Source: Chitinophagales bacterium
GTDB lineage: Bacteria > Bacteroidota > Bacteroidia > Chitinophagales > LD1
Assembly (NCBI GenBank): GCA_025057415.1
Contig: JANWXI010000001.1
Span: 6,415-70,414, forward strand
Direction of reading: 5' to 3'
Length of the DNA: 64,000 nt
Translations under genes and position numbers: made by a program
In this document: positions 63,623 through 64,000 of the stretch, piece by piece
Layout of the letters: each line of letters opens with the position of its first letter
Position numbering within the stretch: position 1 is the first letter of the stretch
The notes under the pieces: generated by a model
Databases searched by the model: none
What the model saw: only the letters and a program-made list of their open reading frames with translations
What the model was told of the DNA's origin: nothing

Positions 63623-64000
63623 ATGGCAAATGTTGTGGTATTGGGAGCGGGCATGGTGGGCAGCGCCATTGCGCGCGATTTAAGCGATAGCCATCAGGTC
63701 ACCGCCGTTGACTGCAATGCCGACACCCTGCGCTACCTGCACGAGCGCTACCGCCTGCACACTACCCGGGCAAACCTCAGCGATGCCAAAGAAATACGCC
63801 GCGCTATTCGCAATGCCGATCTGGTAATTGGCGCAGTACCGGGCTTCATGGGCTTTCAAACCTGCAAAACCGTAATCGAAGCCGGCAAAAATCTTGTGGA
63901 CATCTCCTTCTTTCCCGAAGACGCCTTCCTGCTTCACAACCTCGCCAGAAAAAACAAAGTAACCGCAGTAACCGATTGCGGTGTTGCGCCCGGCCTCGAT
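63623..64000 (+). CDS. Saccharopine dehydrogenase / lysine 6-dehydrogenase family (3' truncated; not in the ORF track)
   Basis: MANVVVLGAGMVGSAIA Rossmann motif, AVPGFMG, VDISFFPED and DCGVAPGL. Confidence 0.88.
   Translation, partial: MANVVVLGAGMVGSAIARDLSDSHQVTAVDCNADTLRYLHERYRLHTTRANLSDAKEIRRAIRNADLVIGAVPGFMGFQTCKTVIEAGKNLVDISFFPEDAFLLHNLARKNKVTAVTDCGVAPGLD

Overview
A 64-kb chromosomal window from a Bacteroidota bacterium, probably Chitinophagales-like. The assignment rests on TAnnTTTG promoters, T9SS cargo with PorP/PorE, ribosomal protein bTHX and GH3-family genes. It holds about 45 CDS, mostly housekeeping and envelope genes (ppiD-like, lytic transglycosylase, M23 peptidase plus bactofilin, glpK, trhO, ctaA, ispB, rimO, thiolase). 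It also holds three tRNAs (Phe-GAA, Gly-CCC, Ala-GGC) and many secreted or surface proteins. I saw no transposase, integrase, CRISPR array or prophage. The most unusual signal is a dispersed 120-175 bp structured intergenic element present in three copies (5018-5193 on -, 27663-27790 on +, 56837-56955 on +). The copies share conserved ends, a compensatory base pair and a swappable middle. Each copy sits at the centre of a local strand-asymmetric composition halo: G/T-rich on the element strand, visible as C-ending codon gradients inside neighbouring genes and as G>>C skew in non-coding flanks. This suggests element-anchored, strand-specific mutagenesis. Other notable items are a T9SS-secreted PHM/DBH-type copper monooxygenase fused to a CX4CH heme-like motif, a possible thioester-domain protein, a pore-less voltage-sensor-like protein, a gene split by one in-frame TAA, a YopM/IpaH-like LRR T9SS cargo, and a collagen fibre with an S74 chaperone. 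All counts are by hand and all family calls come from motif recognition, not database searches.
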